DNA from: Camelus ferus | Taxonomy: Eukaryota | NCBI RefSeq assembly: GCF_009834535.1 | Contig: NC_045696.1 | Span: forward strand, 41,356,001-41,420,000 | DNA length: 64,000 nt | Reading direction: 5' to 3' | Shown: positions 1-12,026 of the stretch, piece after piece | Numbering within the stretch: position 1 is the stretch's first letter | Layout of the letters: each line of letters opens with the position of its first letter | Notes under the pieces: model-generated | The model's input: only the letters and a program-made list of their open reading frames with translations | What the model was told of the DNA's origin: nothing | The model's database searches: none | Translations under genes and position numbers: made by a program

Positions 1-125
1 CAGATGAGAAAACCAAGGCTTAAAGCATTTCAGTCACCTGTCCAAGGACACTCGGCTAATAGAGTAGAAGTTTGAACTTGGGTCAGTCTGACAAGAATTT
101 ACACCCCGAGCATTCATGCTGTGTT
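1..125. mobile_element. MIR SINE fragment
   Basis: cagatgagaaaaccaaggct...ccaaggacac...tttgaacttgggtcagtctgac resembles the MIR core. Confidence 0.65.
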
Positions 126-239
126 ACCACCCCTGGAGGTGGTCACTGTGGCCTCCGGACAAGAGATGCTGCAGAGAATGTTCAAGGGTTGAATGGACAG
201 GCTAGATTTTTTTCAAGGCTCATTCTTGACATTTCACTT

Positions 240-1820
240 GCTTGTTCATTTATGCACGTTTAGACCTACTGTTATAACATGTGATGCTAGGTTGTGTGTG
301 TGATGGAAGACAAGTAAGACACCAGGCATGACTTCAAAAATGAGCTCACAGGATGGGGAGTTGGGGAGGCAGATGCACATGTGAATATGACTAAAGAAGG
401 CAGGATGAAAAGGAGAGAGTGCCGAGGGTGTCTGGGTTTGGCACCCTGCAGCCCGAACTTGTAAACTAGACAGGCTGCGTTGTAAATCCCATCCCCATGG
501 GATGACTTAAAGCAGGACTTTCTACCCAGATGCAGGGAAAGAAGAGTAGGCCAGATGTAAACCTCATCTCAGGAGCATGACTCACATATTCCTTGAGATA
601 GATTCTTGGAGAGACTCTATGATTTCTTTTACCAGGCAGTGGGGAGCTGGTAGAGATTCTTCAACAGGTAAATAAAGTTAAGCAGGGTGAAGGAAGGCTG
701 ATTTATCAGCAGTGGAAGAATTAGAGGAAAACAGGAGGGAGGAATCTCAATATGCTATAGTCCAGATATAGGATGACAAAGGAGTGAATTACAGAAGAAA
801 TAGAACGAAGGGGGGAAAAAAATGGAAAAGATCAAAGTTCTATTTCTATGAAACAGTTGACAAGACTCTTTATGCAAGGAAAGTGTAAATAAAAATCAGT
901 TTTCACACTTAAGAAGAGGGAAGTTAAAGTGATGAAAAAGGAGTTCTGGTAGTAGTACTGAAAACATGCATTTAGCTTGAGTTTGAGGTGCTGAACACTG
1001 TTACCTGGTCATTCTAAAGAAAATATTCCACAGACAACTAAAAATACACTCTCAGAACTTTGGAAACGGGTCAAGGTCAGAGGTTCAGCATTGTAAGTTA
1101 TTTCCATCTTCAACACCCCTACTATTCCCCATAGAAGAGCAACATCAGACATTCCTGGGAGCTCTTAGAAATGTACAATCTTAGGCTCTTCCTCAGGCCT
1201 AAGAATCAGAACCTGCATTTTAACAGCATCCCCCCAATTTGCAAGCACATCAAAGTCTGAGAATCATTGTTCTACACAGAGGTGATAGTTAAAGACATGG
1301 CTTATAGGTAAGGGAAGATCTCTACTCCACATCTGAGATGGGATAACAAGTAAGCAAAAGAGAAGAGGAAGAGGGTAAGAGAAAAATTTAAAAATTTCAA
1401 CGAAAGAAAGAGTTTAGGACTGGGAGGATGGCCAAACATTCCGTAAAAGAGGTTTAAAAGGTTAAGAACTGAGAAAACTCTCCTGGATCCAGCAATTGAT
1501 CACCAAGAGAAATTTCAGCGGAAAGGTACAAAGAGGATGGAAACCAGTGAAAGGGAATGAAGACTGTCTGGACTATACAGAAATCAAGACTATGAGAGCA
1601 GATCAGTCTGAGAAGCTTCAGGATTAAGACAAGAGAGTGCAAAGCAGCATGGAAGCTATAACAGGGTCAACAGAAGATGCTGTTTGGGGTAGGGACATCT
1701 TGAGCATGTCTGACAGCCAGAGGCAGGGCATCAGTATCAGAGAAGAGGCAAATGTGAAAAGGCAAAGTCTTACAGAATGTGGAAGGGGTGGGATGATGAG
1801 CAGTGTCTGAAGTCGGAAAT
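240..1820 (-). mobile_element. Old L2 LINE relic, interrupted by MER5A
   Basis: Purine-rich degenerate L2-like motifs (ttcatttatgc..., gagtttgaggtgctg, cagcaattgatcacc); boundaries approximate. Confidence 0.5.
1110..1274. mobile_element. MER5A-like hAT-Charlie MITE
   Basis: cctgggagctcttagaaatgtacaatc...aatcagaacctgcattttaacagcatcccc...aaagtctgagaatcattgttcta. Confidence 0.75.
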
Positions 1821-1827
1821 GTGCTCT

Positions 1828-1951
1828 GGGGTGGAGGTGGGTATAGCTCAGTGGTAGAGTACACGCTTGCCATGCACTAGGTCCTGGGTTCAATCCCTGG
1901 TACCTCTGTTAAAAAATAACCAAATAAGCCTAATTACCCCCCCCCCAAAAA
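1828..1951 (+). mobile_element. tRNA-Ala-derived SINE (camelid Vic-1 type)
   Basis: A box gtatagctcagtggtagag, B box gggttcaatccc, tail aaataagcctaattaccccc followed by an A-run. Confidence 0.88.
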
Positions 1952-4779
1952 GGAATATTCCTTGGTAAGAACAGAAGAGAGGTAAAGATAAATCTGGGAT
2001 GAAAGAATGAGCTGATGGCAGATAGCCTAAATTTCTTCAGTGTTGCAGAAGCAGGATGGGTTGGGACATGAAAAGAAACGTAAACAGTACCTGGCTTGGA
2101 ATTACTGATGTGAAAATGGAGAAGTAGAAGATAAAGATACTGATATGAGTAATTCTCAAGGGCAAAAACTATATAACTCTGGGCCTCAATACTATGGGAG
2201 ATGAAAAATAAAAAGTGAATGAAGTTTCAAATTAGGGAGAGTGCAAGCATTACAGTACCCCACAAAGTAATAAGACAAGGGAACTGATACCACCAAAAAA
2301 GTATGAGTTCAACTTCGTCACAAGTTTGGATTAATGGTAAGACATAAACGTAAAAATGCTGACAAGTCACTACTTTTTATTCAGCATGCATTTACTGAAG
2401 TCCTACTACGCGCTAGCTGCTGGCCCGGGGACTGGGGAGATAACAGTGATTAAGATACACATGGTCCCTTGTCTTCATGGAGCTTCAAATTTACACAGCA
2501 AGACAAACGGGCAGCAAGGGGCTGGGCCCAATCAAGTGAGATTCCCAGACGATGAAAAGATTTGCTTCTTAAAAAAACTTGGGATAAAGAAAAGGAAAGC
2601 CAGAGTCAGCTCTGGACCAGCCAAAAAGGAGGACCTTCATTCTACTTTAAAAGCAAGTAAGTGCAACGTCAAAGTATTAGAAAACGCGAAAATGATTTCT
2701 AAACGCATCGTAAAGCTTAGTAAGTTGGCAAAGGAGTGAGAACTAAAGCAACCTTGAACACTTTAACAAGTTGGAAACAGGGGAAGGAAAAAATATGCTA
2801 TTAATGGTGAAATAAACTGAGGTTTTGCTCTTCATCTGGGCCAATTTGGAGAGCTTTCTTTTGACCTTAGATATATTGGGGACAAACACATACGTTCTTC
2901 CTTTCAAAGCCCATTAAGAATAAAAACTGTCAGTGAAGTACATCTTTTCGCCAATGTGAACTCCAAAAAGGATCTAAAAACATGGGCAACCCATGGGCAC
3001 CCTATGGAAATAGGAATGGAAATGTACCACAAAGGATAAAGTGACATTTCATTAATGTTTCTAAGCTTAAAGCAAATACAACAGAAAACAGAAATTTTCT
3101 CATTGGAAACTCACTACACAAGAGCTTTGATATATAAAGTCAAAACTCAAAGTATAATGTAAAAACTTTCCCAGTAAATTATTTACATTTGCATAGGATA
3201 TATGAAGCTATATGAACCAATGTGAAATGATTTTCATTTAAAGAAATCAGACTTTACACATGGTGCCAAATATTAGAGTTAAATGAGTTAAAATGACACT
3301 GGGTGGTGTTTCTGTACCCAGCCAAGGGCATTCGGATTCCCATGGTTTTGTCAGAATTTGTTTCTGAAGAAAAACTTGAGCTGTATTAATTTTCCAGTTT
3401 TCAAGAAGGAATCATTCCCTCTAACTATTATTGCTTTTTCTAACCTCCTGGAGGAGTCTGAATTCTAGAAGAATCATCTGCATAATCATGTAAGTGTGGA
3501 TTTCTCTAGGTCTGCATCTCATTACACTAATTGAGAATTGTTCTGGTTGGATTTATTTGGGTGTTTATCATGTGTACTGTATTTCCAGAGCTTTTAAATA
3601 AGGACTACTATTTTTTTCCCTCAAATACCACAAAGACTTTAAAATGTCAGCTCTTTATTAACTATTCTAATTAGGGAGAAAGGAGGTCATGGGTAAATGA
3701 AACTCACAAGCACTCTAAATGCTTTGTGTCATTATCATTTAATTCTCCCCATGTACGCGTGTCCTAACATTTCCCTATTGCTGTCAAAGATTCTCCTACT
3801 CACTCAGATATGGAAGCTGGCAAGCATCTTGACATGTAACTATTGAATCGTTTAAAGAAAACTTTATTCTAGGTGGAATTATTGTTTTTAAATATATTGT
3901 GATTTGACACGCACGAGTCCATCTATCTGATGAGAAGAACTGAGCCAGAGTGTATGGGCAACGGTGGGGAGGGCCGGTACACCCATGGTCTGAGTATCTG
4001 GGGCCTTCAAGTCAATTGCCTTGGATAAAATTGTAGCTGCACCAGGCCATCTGTTCCTCTACCTTTTCCACATGCATTATCTCTTTGTGCTGTCAGACCA
4101 GAGCAACATCTACCAATTAGAGTAAGTTCTTTCATGAAGAGGCCAGCAGGACCAAGTGAAACTGAAGGAAAGACTTGATAGGGGAAGAAATCATATCCAA
4201 ATTACGCTATACGAATTTGCAAGTGGATATATCAAGCAAGTAACCATTAACATTAGCTACATTTGTTACAAGGGTATCAAATCTCCTTTCATCCTTTCTT
4301 CTTTCCTTCCCTCCCACCCACCCATTCTTTCCCTTTTTTCCTTTTTTCTTTTTAATAAGAGACTTAAATAAAAATGAAGAGGAAAAAGAAAGCAACCCAT
4401 AAATGTTTGTTTTCTCAGCACTGGCACCCTGGAACAATCCACTAGAAACTGGAGTTATCACAAGAAAGCAAGTTCTTTCAAGAATCCATTTTCCAAACAA
4501 GTAAGTTATGGGTTTAGCAGTGGGTGAAATAAGAAATTTTTCGTATTCTTTGAAATAGCTCAAAATTATTTTTCAAAAAATTTAGTCTTGGCATATCCTC
4601 TACATGTCTTTTTTCCAAGAATTTCTTCCTTCAGAACCATGGGCATATGAAGGAAATTTTAATTTTTTTCCTTTCTCAGTTTAGATTTCCTAATCAAAGT
4701 CACATGAAAGGTACTTCTGAGAACTTGTAAACATTTTTAAAGCTCTTTCTTTTCCATCCAACTTACACAAATAAAAATA

Positions 4780-5470
4780 AAGCACTACAAAAAAGATATA
4801 TGGCCCAAAAGTACATGAAAAAATTTTCAATTTCTTTAGTATAAGGGAAATGCATATTAAAATGGTAATGAGAAATGACTGCACTAGAATAGCTAAAATG
4901 AAAAATGTTGATGACATGAAATGTTGTTAAGGATGTGGAGCAATCAGAATTCTCATGCACTGCTTGTGGGAATTTAAATGAAAAAAGTAGGCCAAAAAAA
5001 AAAAACAAAACCAAATACACATCTTCCCTGTGACATAGCAATTCTACTTTCTAGGTATTTATCTAAAAGAAATTAAAAGATATGTCCACAAGAGTCTTAT
5101 ACAATAATATTTATAGAATTCAGGTGTCCACCAGCAAGAAAATGGACCAATACATTCTGAAATAGTCCCATAATAGAATACTACACAGGAATGAAAAAGG
5201 GGATTAACTATTGATACTTGCAACATCATGAATGAATCTCAAAAACATGCTGAATAAATAAGACAGACACAAAAAGAGAACATAGTCTATGATTCTATTT
5301 ATATGGAATTCTAGAGTAGACAAACCCTCTAGTGCTTTCTGGGGTGATGAAAGTGTTCTATTTCTTGATAGGGTATAGAGTAAATAATTATACACCTTGT
5401 TTTTTTGTAAGTGATTAAACTGGATACCTAAGATCTGTGCATTTGACTGGGTTTAAATTATATCTCAATA
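4780..5470 (+). mobile_element. Old L1 (L1M/ME-type) 3' region
   Basis: catgaaaaaattttcaa...aggatgtggagcaatcagaattctc...gcaattctactttctaggtattta...atgaatgaatctcaaaaacatgctga. Confidence 0.8.
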
Positions 5471-5870
5471 ACAAGTCTTTCATTTAAGAAGGGAAGGAAA
5501 CAATTTTTTTTAAATTTAAAAATCACTTTGAATACTTAAAATAAAAAACTTTTTGAATAAAAATGCTTTGGTTGAAGATTGAACTTCTTGAATGTCAGAT
5601 ACAAAGTTTTGAATTTTGAAGCTCATGTAGTAAATATTTATGACAAGCAAGTATCATTTCATACCCAATTTAGAATCATGGGTCATTTAGCACAGCGCCC
5701 AGCACATAGACAATACCAACTACCTGTGTTGGATGGATGAATGGCAGTAATTTAAAGTATATTTAGACTTTTCTTATTTTGTTCTGCCAAAGAAGATGGT
5801 AGCTTCATTTCCAACTGTATTTTCGCTGTACTTACATTTCTCCTGTGTGTGTCTCTCTGGTTTTCTAAGC

Positions 5871-6048
5871 CAGTGATTCCTAAACTTAGGTGGGGATCAG
5901 AATCAATTGGAGGGCTTATTAAAACACAAATGACTTGGCCCCACCCTCGGAGTCTCTGATTCAGTGGGAATTTCCATTTTTGACAAGTTCCCAAGTGATG
6001 GTGATGCTGATGCTGCTCTGTTTCGGGATCACACTCAGAGAACTACTG
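5871..6048. mobile_element. MER5-family MITE
   Basis: Termini cagtgattcctaaact ... cagagaactactg; internal agaatcaattggagggcttattaaaacaca. Confidence 0.75.
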
Positions 6049-6470
6049 TTTTTAGCTCTTCTTCAATTGTCAAATCAAAGATACAGCCTTTGCAAACCCA
6101 AGATCAACTTTTGCAACTTTTAGCAGCCTCTCCTAATCGCTTTCAACCTCATCCTCTGAGCTTTTATTGCACTTACCTCTGATAGCTCCGCTTGCTAGTT
6201 GGCTTATTTTCCCTTCTAGTTTATTCTTTGGAAACGAAAAATACTTGCATGTGTTTTCTATTCAGGTAGATGATAACTCCCGGAATGGTAGGGGCCCTGA
6301 CTAATGAACTCAGGCCCCTCACACCTAGAACAGGCTCCACAGCCAATCGGTGATCTGTAAATACTGATGCCCCCAGTATTTACACATTCTTCTAAAGCAT
6401 ATGCAGATCCTATTGAAAACAAGTGCCAATTTTCAGATGCAAAACAAAACCCTCCATTATGGTGCATTAC

Positions 6471-6603
6471 CTGTCATTGGGACATTGACTTGGCAACGTC
6501 CAGTCGTGGTTAGGGTTGATGAGGAAGCCCCAGGACAGGAAGACTGAGCTCGGTGTCAGGGTGCCAACCACCAGCTGGAGAGGCTTGCGAGACCGTGCTT
6601 TCC
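6471..6603 (-). CDS. ABI3BP: ABI3BP exon 4, 133 bp, start of fibronectin type III domain
   Basis: Acceptor ctccacag|, donor ag|gtaatg; encodes (G)KARSRKPLQLVVGTLTPSSVFLSWGFLINPNHDWTLPSQCPND(R); phase compatible with exon 3. Confidence 0.95.
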
Positions 6604-9600
6604 CTGTGGAGGTAACGGACAGGTTAATTCTGGTAATATTTTCTATATTTTCATGATTTGGGTAAAATGCATAAAGATGATTTAGCAAGATGATGAAGAA
6701 TGTGAAAGCACTAAGTTCCTTTCGTACAGTGCATAAATATCGCTAATGTTTTGCCCATGAATTTAAGCATGAATCAGAAGAAATATTTTTTGAGATTTAT
6801 GTGTGTCTGTGTGTGTGTGTAAGCGTGTAAACTATATCCATTCCTACCTTTTATTTTCTTGTGGGTCAGGGATGAATACAAAGTGGAATAAATTAAACAC
6901 ACATACATATACATATCAGTATATACACACTCACTTTTTGTCTTTTATAGTCAAAATAAAATTATGCTTATTTGTTTAGGACTATGAATTAGTGTGAAAT
7001 AACATCTTAGAATAAAAGAAAGCTTCCATCTAGGTTGTAGGTCATATATATAATATTTAAACCTATTTGGAAGTGTAAAATCCCTCATCAGGTCATTGCA
7101 ATAGCTTTTTTTCTTTTTAAAGCAGTGAGTATCTAAACCCAGAAGGTGCACGTATTTTTAATAATGTCAGAAGAGTAGAAACAATACAGGAAGCACAGTT
7201 GTTCTGATGAGACTAACTGGATTTGGGCAATGCCAAGAGTGATGCTGATAATTCACTATAGATTCTTTTCAGGTATACAGAAGGGCAGACAGTTGCATTT
7301 TCAGAAATATTTGAAACTACAGGAATGAGAGGACAGTGAAAAAGAAGAGGGAAGATCCTCATCATGGAAAATAACACTGGCTCAAAAAAAAGTTTTTAGG
7401 GTAAATAAAAATCCAATATGATTAATTAATTTAAAATCCAATAAAAAACTACATAGAACTAACATACACTATATATGCTTTGTATTTCCATTGATTCCCC
7501 CTGTCATTTCATGAGACTATGTATGTTGCATTTGCTGTAAGAAGAACTTGTGTTATCTCCATCTACTGCAGTAAGAGCCAAACAGTAAGAAGGCCTGTGG
7601 CCTTTATAAAGTAGGTGGGAGCTTGTGGACCTCAGGGAACGTTATCTAAACCCAACGCCCTGGAAAACCGTGCCATGCTTATTGCTTCTGTTAGGTGTAA
7701 GTTGTACAAATTGCTACTCCTGTAGAAAAGCCCTCTGTGACAATGATATACATAACCTGGTGGTGGCAAGTTACTTCATTGTGACATAGATGAATTTTTA
7801 AAAGATATTTAAAATAATTTTCAAGCCTGGTTGTTGACCAGTTGGTTGCAAACATGAAATTTACTTCTCCGTAAATTTTTCCAGCTCCACTTGTAATAGT
7901 ACTTCATGTGATTGGTATTCAGCGGGTTTAAGTCTGGCCCCCAAGGACAGTAGATTAGAATCTGAGGTGAGGGTAGGGGGCACGTGTAGTTTGAAAAAGC
8001 CCTGTGGTGATTCTGATATGGTTTTTTCTGCCCCTGAGTTGATTTTCACTAGTGCAATGCAACTGTCTCATTTTATAGATGAAAAACAAGGCCCAGAATA
8101 GTTTCAAGGGCATTCAATGTCACACTGAGAGCAAAATCAAGACCTGAATCCAGGTCTCCTGAATTGTAACCTGGTTTTCTTTTTGCTACATCGCTGGCTT
8201 AGCTAAAAATGGATAAAGATAATGCCACTTAGAGAAAAGATTTATTTTTCGTTCCCAAGGGGAACCCAAGGTCTACATGACCATCAAATAGTTATTTCAC
8301 AATGTTTGGATCTTAATGTGAAAATGATTAAATAATTAAAATTTACACGGCAAACACAAATATAAAATGAATGGAAGCTAATCCATTACTCATTACATCA
8401 CTCAATTGCAGATTACAAAAACAAAAATGATATCCATTGCCTGAAAGGAAAGGTGGGGTATTACATCCTGAGCAAGATGAAACAATTTCCTGACTCGGTC
8501 ATCACATAGTGAAAAATAATCACTGAGGCCAGTGTCATTGAAGCCCCCAAGTGAAGTGAAATGAAGTTATAAACTGCTGCTAAGATACAATGACTCTCTT
8601 GACTTTCCTTACTTGTTTTTGTATATTTGTTTTATGATCACATTTATATAAAAAAAAAAAAAGTTTAGTGACTATGAAGCCAGAATTTCACAGAACCATA
8701 CACATGCTTCCTGACTTTATTGCTAAATATTTTGAAATCAAAATATTGAGAGTCCATTTTTTTTAACATGTATGGAAAGCTGCCTGGATAACTATCATTA
8801 GTAAGTTGTAAGTACTGATTGAAATTTCCCTTGCACTATGGGATAATCTAAGAGGCCTAGAAAAGGAATCTGTATTCCTCAAAACACTCGAACATTTACT
8901 GCTTCTCTAAAAAGTGGAAACCCACAGAAGGAGAAAAGGGAACTGTGGCAAATGACTTCTGGTAGCCAGGCATGGCTGATACGTCTAGGAGACAGACACA
9001 TAGCTGTGAAGGGTTCCTTTGCTCAGTGTATTTGAATATCTGTATGCTCCCCCCACATTTCTCATCCATTAAAGAAAGATCACAAACAAAAAAGATCCCT
9101 TTTTTCTGCGTGACGTCCAGTGTACCATAAAAGATAAATATGATTAGGAAATAATTATTTGGAGAACAGTTCCCATTAGAACATGAAAAAGCAAAGCAAA
9201 GCATTGGAATCAACTCTATCTACAGAGCTAGAAGGATGTGGCATCAGAGTGAAAAGCATATTCAAATGAAAAAGAATATGAAAAGGAATATATGTATGTA
9301 TACGTATGACTGAAACATTTTGCTGTACACAGAAATCTTTTTAATTAGTAATTTATATTTTAATAAAATACGGTTTTGATGCCAAGAGTAGCAAGTAAAA
9401 TTGGTTTGTGGTTTTGTTTTGTGTCATCTGTGTCACGTTCTGATATCAGAATCAAATTACCTTCACAAAATACGGATTTTCTTCTATTCTTGATTCTCTG
9501 AACTATTTGTAACTTTTGTAGTTAGCTGTTCCTTTGCTTGCATAGTCCATATGTGATTTTTATAAGTAATTCTTGAAAAACTTTATATTCTTCCTTGCTT

Positions 9601-9944
9601 ATTTTCCTTTGTTTTAGCTGCTGGAGATATGTCTCAAGAACTCATATTTTTCCAGAAAGTAGTCAACTTCTTGAATATTCTAATGTATTTGCAGGTATGT
9701 ATGGTGATTTTTTTTAATTGAGGTTTCACTTTTGAGATAATATTAACATTGGTATAGATGATGTATACAGATGCATTTAATGTGAAACATAGTAAAATAA
9801 GAAATTAATCCAAATGCATATTGATGAATCACAAGTTAATCAAGGTTAAACATTGGGTTGGGATAGGGTGACAACTGGGGGTGGCCACATCAAATAAGGG
9901 CAATGATCCCAGATTAACTGCCTTTGCTCTAACATGTTCTGGAC

Positions 9945-10268
9945 TTTTTTCCTTTATTGAAGTATATAGTCAGTTTATAATGTTGAGTCAATTTCTGGTG
10001 TACAGCATAATGTTTCAGTCATACATGAACATACATATATTTGTTTTCATATTCTTTTTCACTGTAAGTTACTACAAGATGTTAAATATAGTTCCCTGTG
10101 CTATATACAGTATGAACTTGTTGTTTATCTATTTTATATATACTAGTTAGTATCTGCAAATCTCCAACTCCCAATTTATCCCTTCCCACCTCCTTCCCCT
10201 CTCCCTGGTAAACATAAGTTTGTTTTCTATGTCTGTGAGTCTAGCTCTGTTTTGCTTATATTCATTTT
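9945..10268 (-). mobile_element. Young L1 3'UTR fragment inside the nested insert
   Basis: tttattgaagtatatagtcagttt...tctggtgtacagc...gtttgttttctatgtctgtgagtc is the reverse complement of the L1 3'UTR seen at 62400-62690. Confidence 0.88.
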
Positions 10269-10351
10269 TGTAGGTGGATGTAAAATAATAAGAAATACAT
10301 CTATCTGACCTGGCATCTGACAAAGGGCTCCTAAATTCCTTGGAATTTCCT
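10269..10351 (+). mobile_element. 5' fragment of a MER21-like LTR
   Basis: tgtag...aataataagaaatac...ctgacaaagggctcctaaattccttggaatttcct resembles the recalled MER21-type LTR start. Confidence 0.55.
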
Positions 10352-10517
10352 TGTACACCAGAAGTTGACACCACATTGTAAACTGACTATAGTTTAATCT
10401 TTAAAAGGGGAAAAAAAAAGCATATTCACAGCTCTATTGGTCCTTCCTAATGGCAAGGGCTTGCTTATTTGACCTGAGAAGAAATTTAAGCAGTAAAATT
10501 GGTACAACATAGGATTT

Positions 10518-10735
10518 TTTTTTTAATTGAAGTACAGCCAGTTACAATGGGTCAATTTCTGGTGTACAGCACAAAGTCCCAATTATGCATATACATACAT
10601 ACATTTTCATATTCATTTTTATTAAAGGTTATTATAAGATATTGAATATAGTTCAATATGTGCAATATAGAAGAAGTTTTTAATCTATTTTTATATATAG
10701 TGGCTAACATTTACAAATCTCACCTCCCAAACTTA
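10518..10735 (-). mobile_element. Young 5'-truncated L1 3' end
   Basis: Poly(T) plus reversed L1 3'UTR; perfect 15-bp TSD tacaacataggattt at 10503-10517 and 10736-10750. Confidence 0.92.
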
Positions 10736-11402
10736 TACAACATAGGATTTCAGTCTTCCTTAAGTATAAACATTTCCGTATGACTAATTTATACACACAA
10801 TATCCTCTTTCCTATTTCAAGTCTTCTCAGCCCTGGGAAGATGGGTGTTGTGCTGCTGTTTTACGAAAGAGTCTTTTTTTGTTTGTTTGTTTGACTAAAT
10901 ACAAGAAATTTAGAAGGATGAAGAGTAAATAAAATCTAAGTTCCCACCCATTTAACACATATGTAAATAAGTTATGCTTTTGAAATGTTCACAGTTCCTT
11001 CAGCAAAGTTTAGACATCAAATTTTGTCCCAAAAGTCTGAAAGTGTTCACACTTCGCAAAACAGAGGCAGGCCAATGGGAGGGAACTCTACACGAGCACT
11101 GGCTATGGGCCAGGCCTGTCCTGCATGTCGCACGTCCCTGAACTTGTCCTCACCGAGACCCTACTGTGCAGCAGACTGGAGAGCAGAGGGGTTCCGTAAC
11201 TTGCCTCATCTCCTGCAGTTTGTACGTGGTGGTGCCAGGATAAATCCTAGGAGCCCCTACCACCAGGTTATGCTGCTCCCCAGGCAGGGTCATCCATTGA
11301 CAGGGGGCCTGCTGGACGCTGTGCATCTTCCCATCTACATCCCTAAGGCATCCCCAAGGCACTTGGGCTCCATGGATAGCAGAGACGAAAAGGCATGGTC
11401 TA

Positions 11403-11904
11403 TATATAGTAACATGTCATCGGCATATAATGACACTTTTACCTCTTCTTTTCCAATTTTGATCCCTTTTATTTCCTTTTCTTGCCTGACTGCTGTGGCT
11501 AGGACTTCCAGGACTATGTTGAATAGGAGTGGTGATAGTGGGCATCCTTGTCTTGTCCCAGATTTTAGTGGGAAGCTTTTGAGTTTTTCACCGTTGAGTA
11601 CTATGCTGGCTGTAGGTTTGTCATATACAGCTTTTATTATGTTGAGATATGTTCCCTCTATACCCACTTTGGCGAGAGTTTTTATCATAAATGGGTGTTG
11701 AATTTTATCAAATGCTTTTTCTGCATCGATTGAGATGATCATGTGGTTTTTGTCCTTTCTCTTGTTGATGTGATGTATTACACTGATTGATTTGCGTACG
11801 CTGAACCACCCTTGTGTCCCTGGGATGAACCCCACTTGGTCATGATGTATCATCTTTTTTATATGTTGTTGGATTCTATTTGCTAATATTTTGGTGAGGA
11901 TTTT
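11403..11904 (-). mobile_element. L1 ORF2 reverse-transcriptase fragment without 3'UTR or poly(A)
   Basis: Open frame [17 protein letters not shown]...[16 protein letters not shown]...[13 protein letters not shown]...YADDMLLYI; perfect 16-bp TSD gaaaaggcatggtcta at 11387-11402 and 11905-11920. Confidence 0.95.
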
Positions 11905-11957
11905 GAAAAGGCATGGTCTAAAGATAATAATAATTAAAAAATCAAACAAAAAAATAC

Positions 11958-12026
11958 CTGAGCATGACTTCTTTTGACTGGGGGGAGGAGCAGGTCGCAC
12001 GACAATCAGATATTTCGGCTCCGCAT
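11958..12026 (-). CDS. ABI3BP: ABI3BP exon 3, 69 bp
   Basis: Acceptor tttccag|, donor cag|gtattt; encodes (D)[22 protein letters not shown](G); phase 1 to phase 1. Confidence 0.95.

Larger units (their letters stand above)
9265..10415 (+). mobile_element. Young 5'-truncated L1 3' end split by a nested ~1-kb insertion
   Basis: L1 3'UTR at 9265-9336 resumes at 10352-10415 with an A-tail; perfect 13-bp TSD aaaagcatattca at 9252-9264 and 10416-10428. Confidence 0.88.

Noticed and set aside
1839..1910. Possible tRNA-Ala gene (also at 22110-22175, 42190-42250, 52500-52560)
   Set aside because: Diverged stems, shared SINE tail and A-rich ends identify these as SINE copies rather than tRNA genes
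10985..11701. 238-aa plus-strand ORF
   Set aside because: Its second half is the antisense frame of the L1 ORF2 fragment and the first half crosses MIR-like sequence; no sign of a real gene
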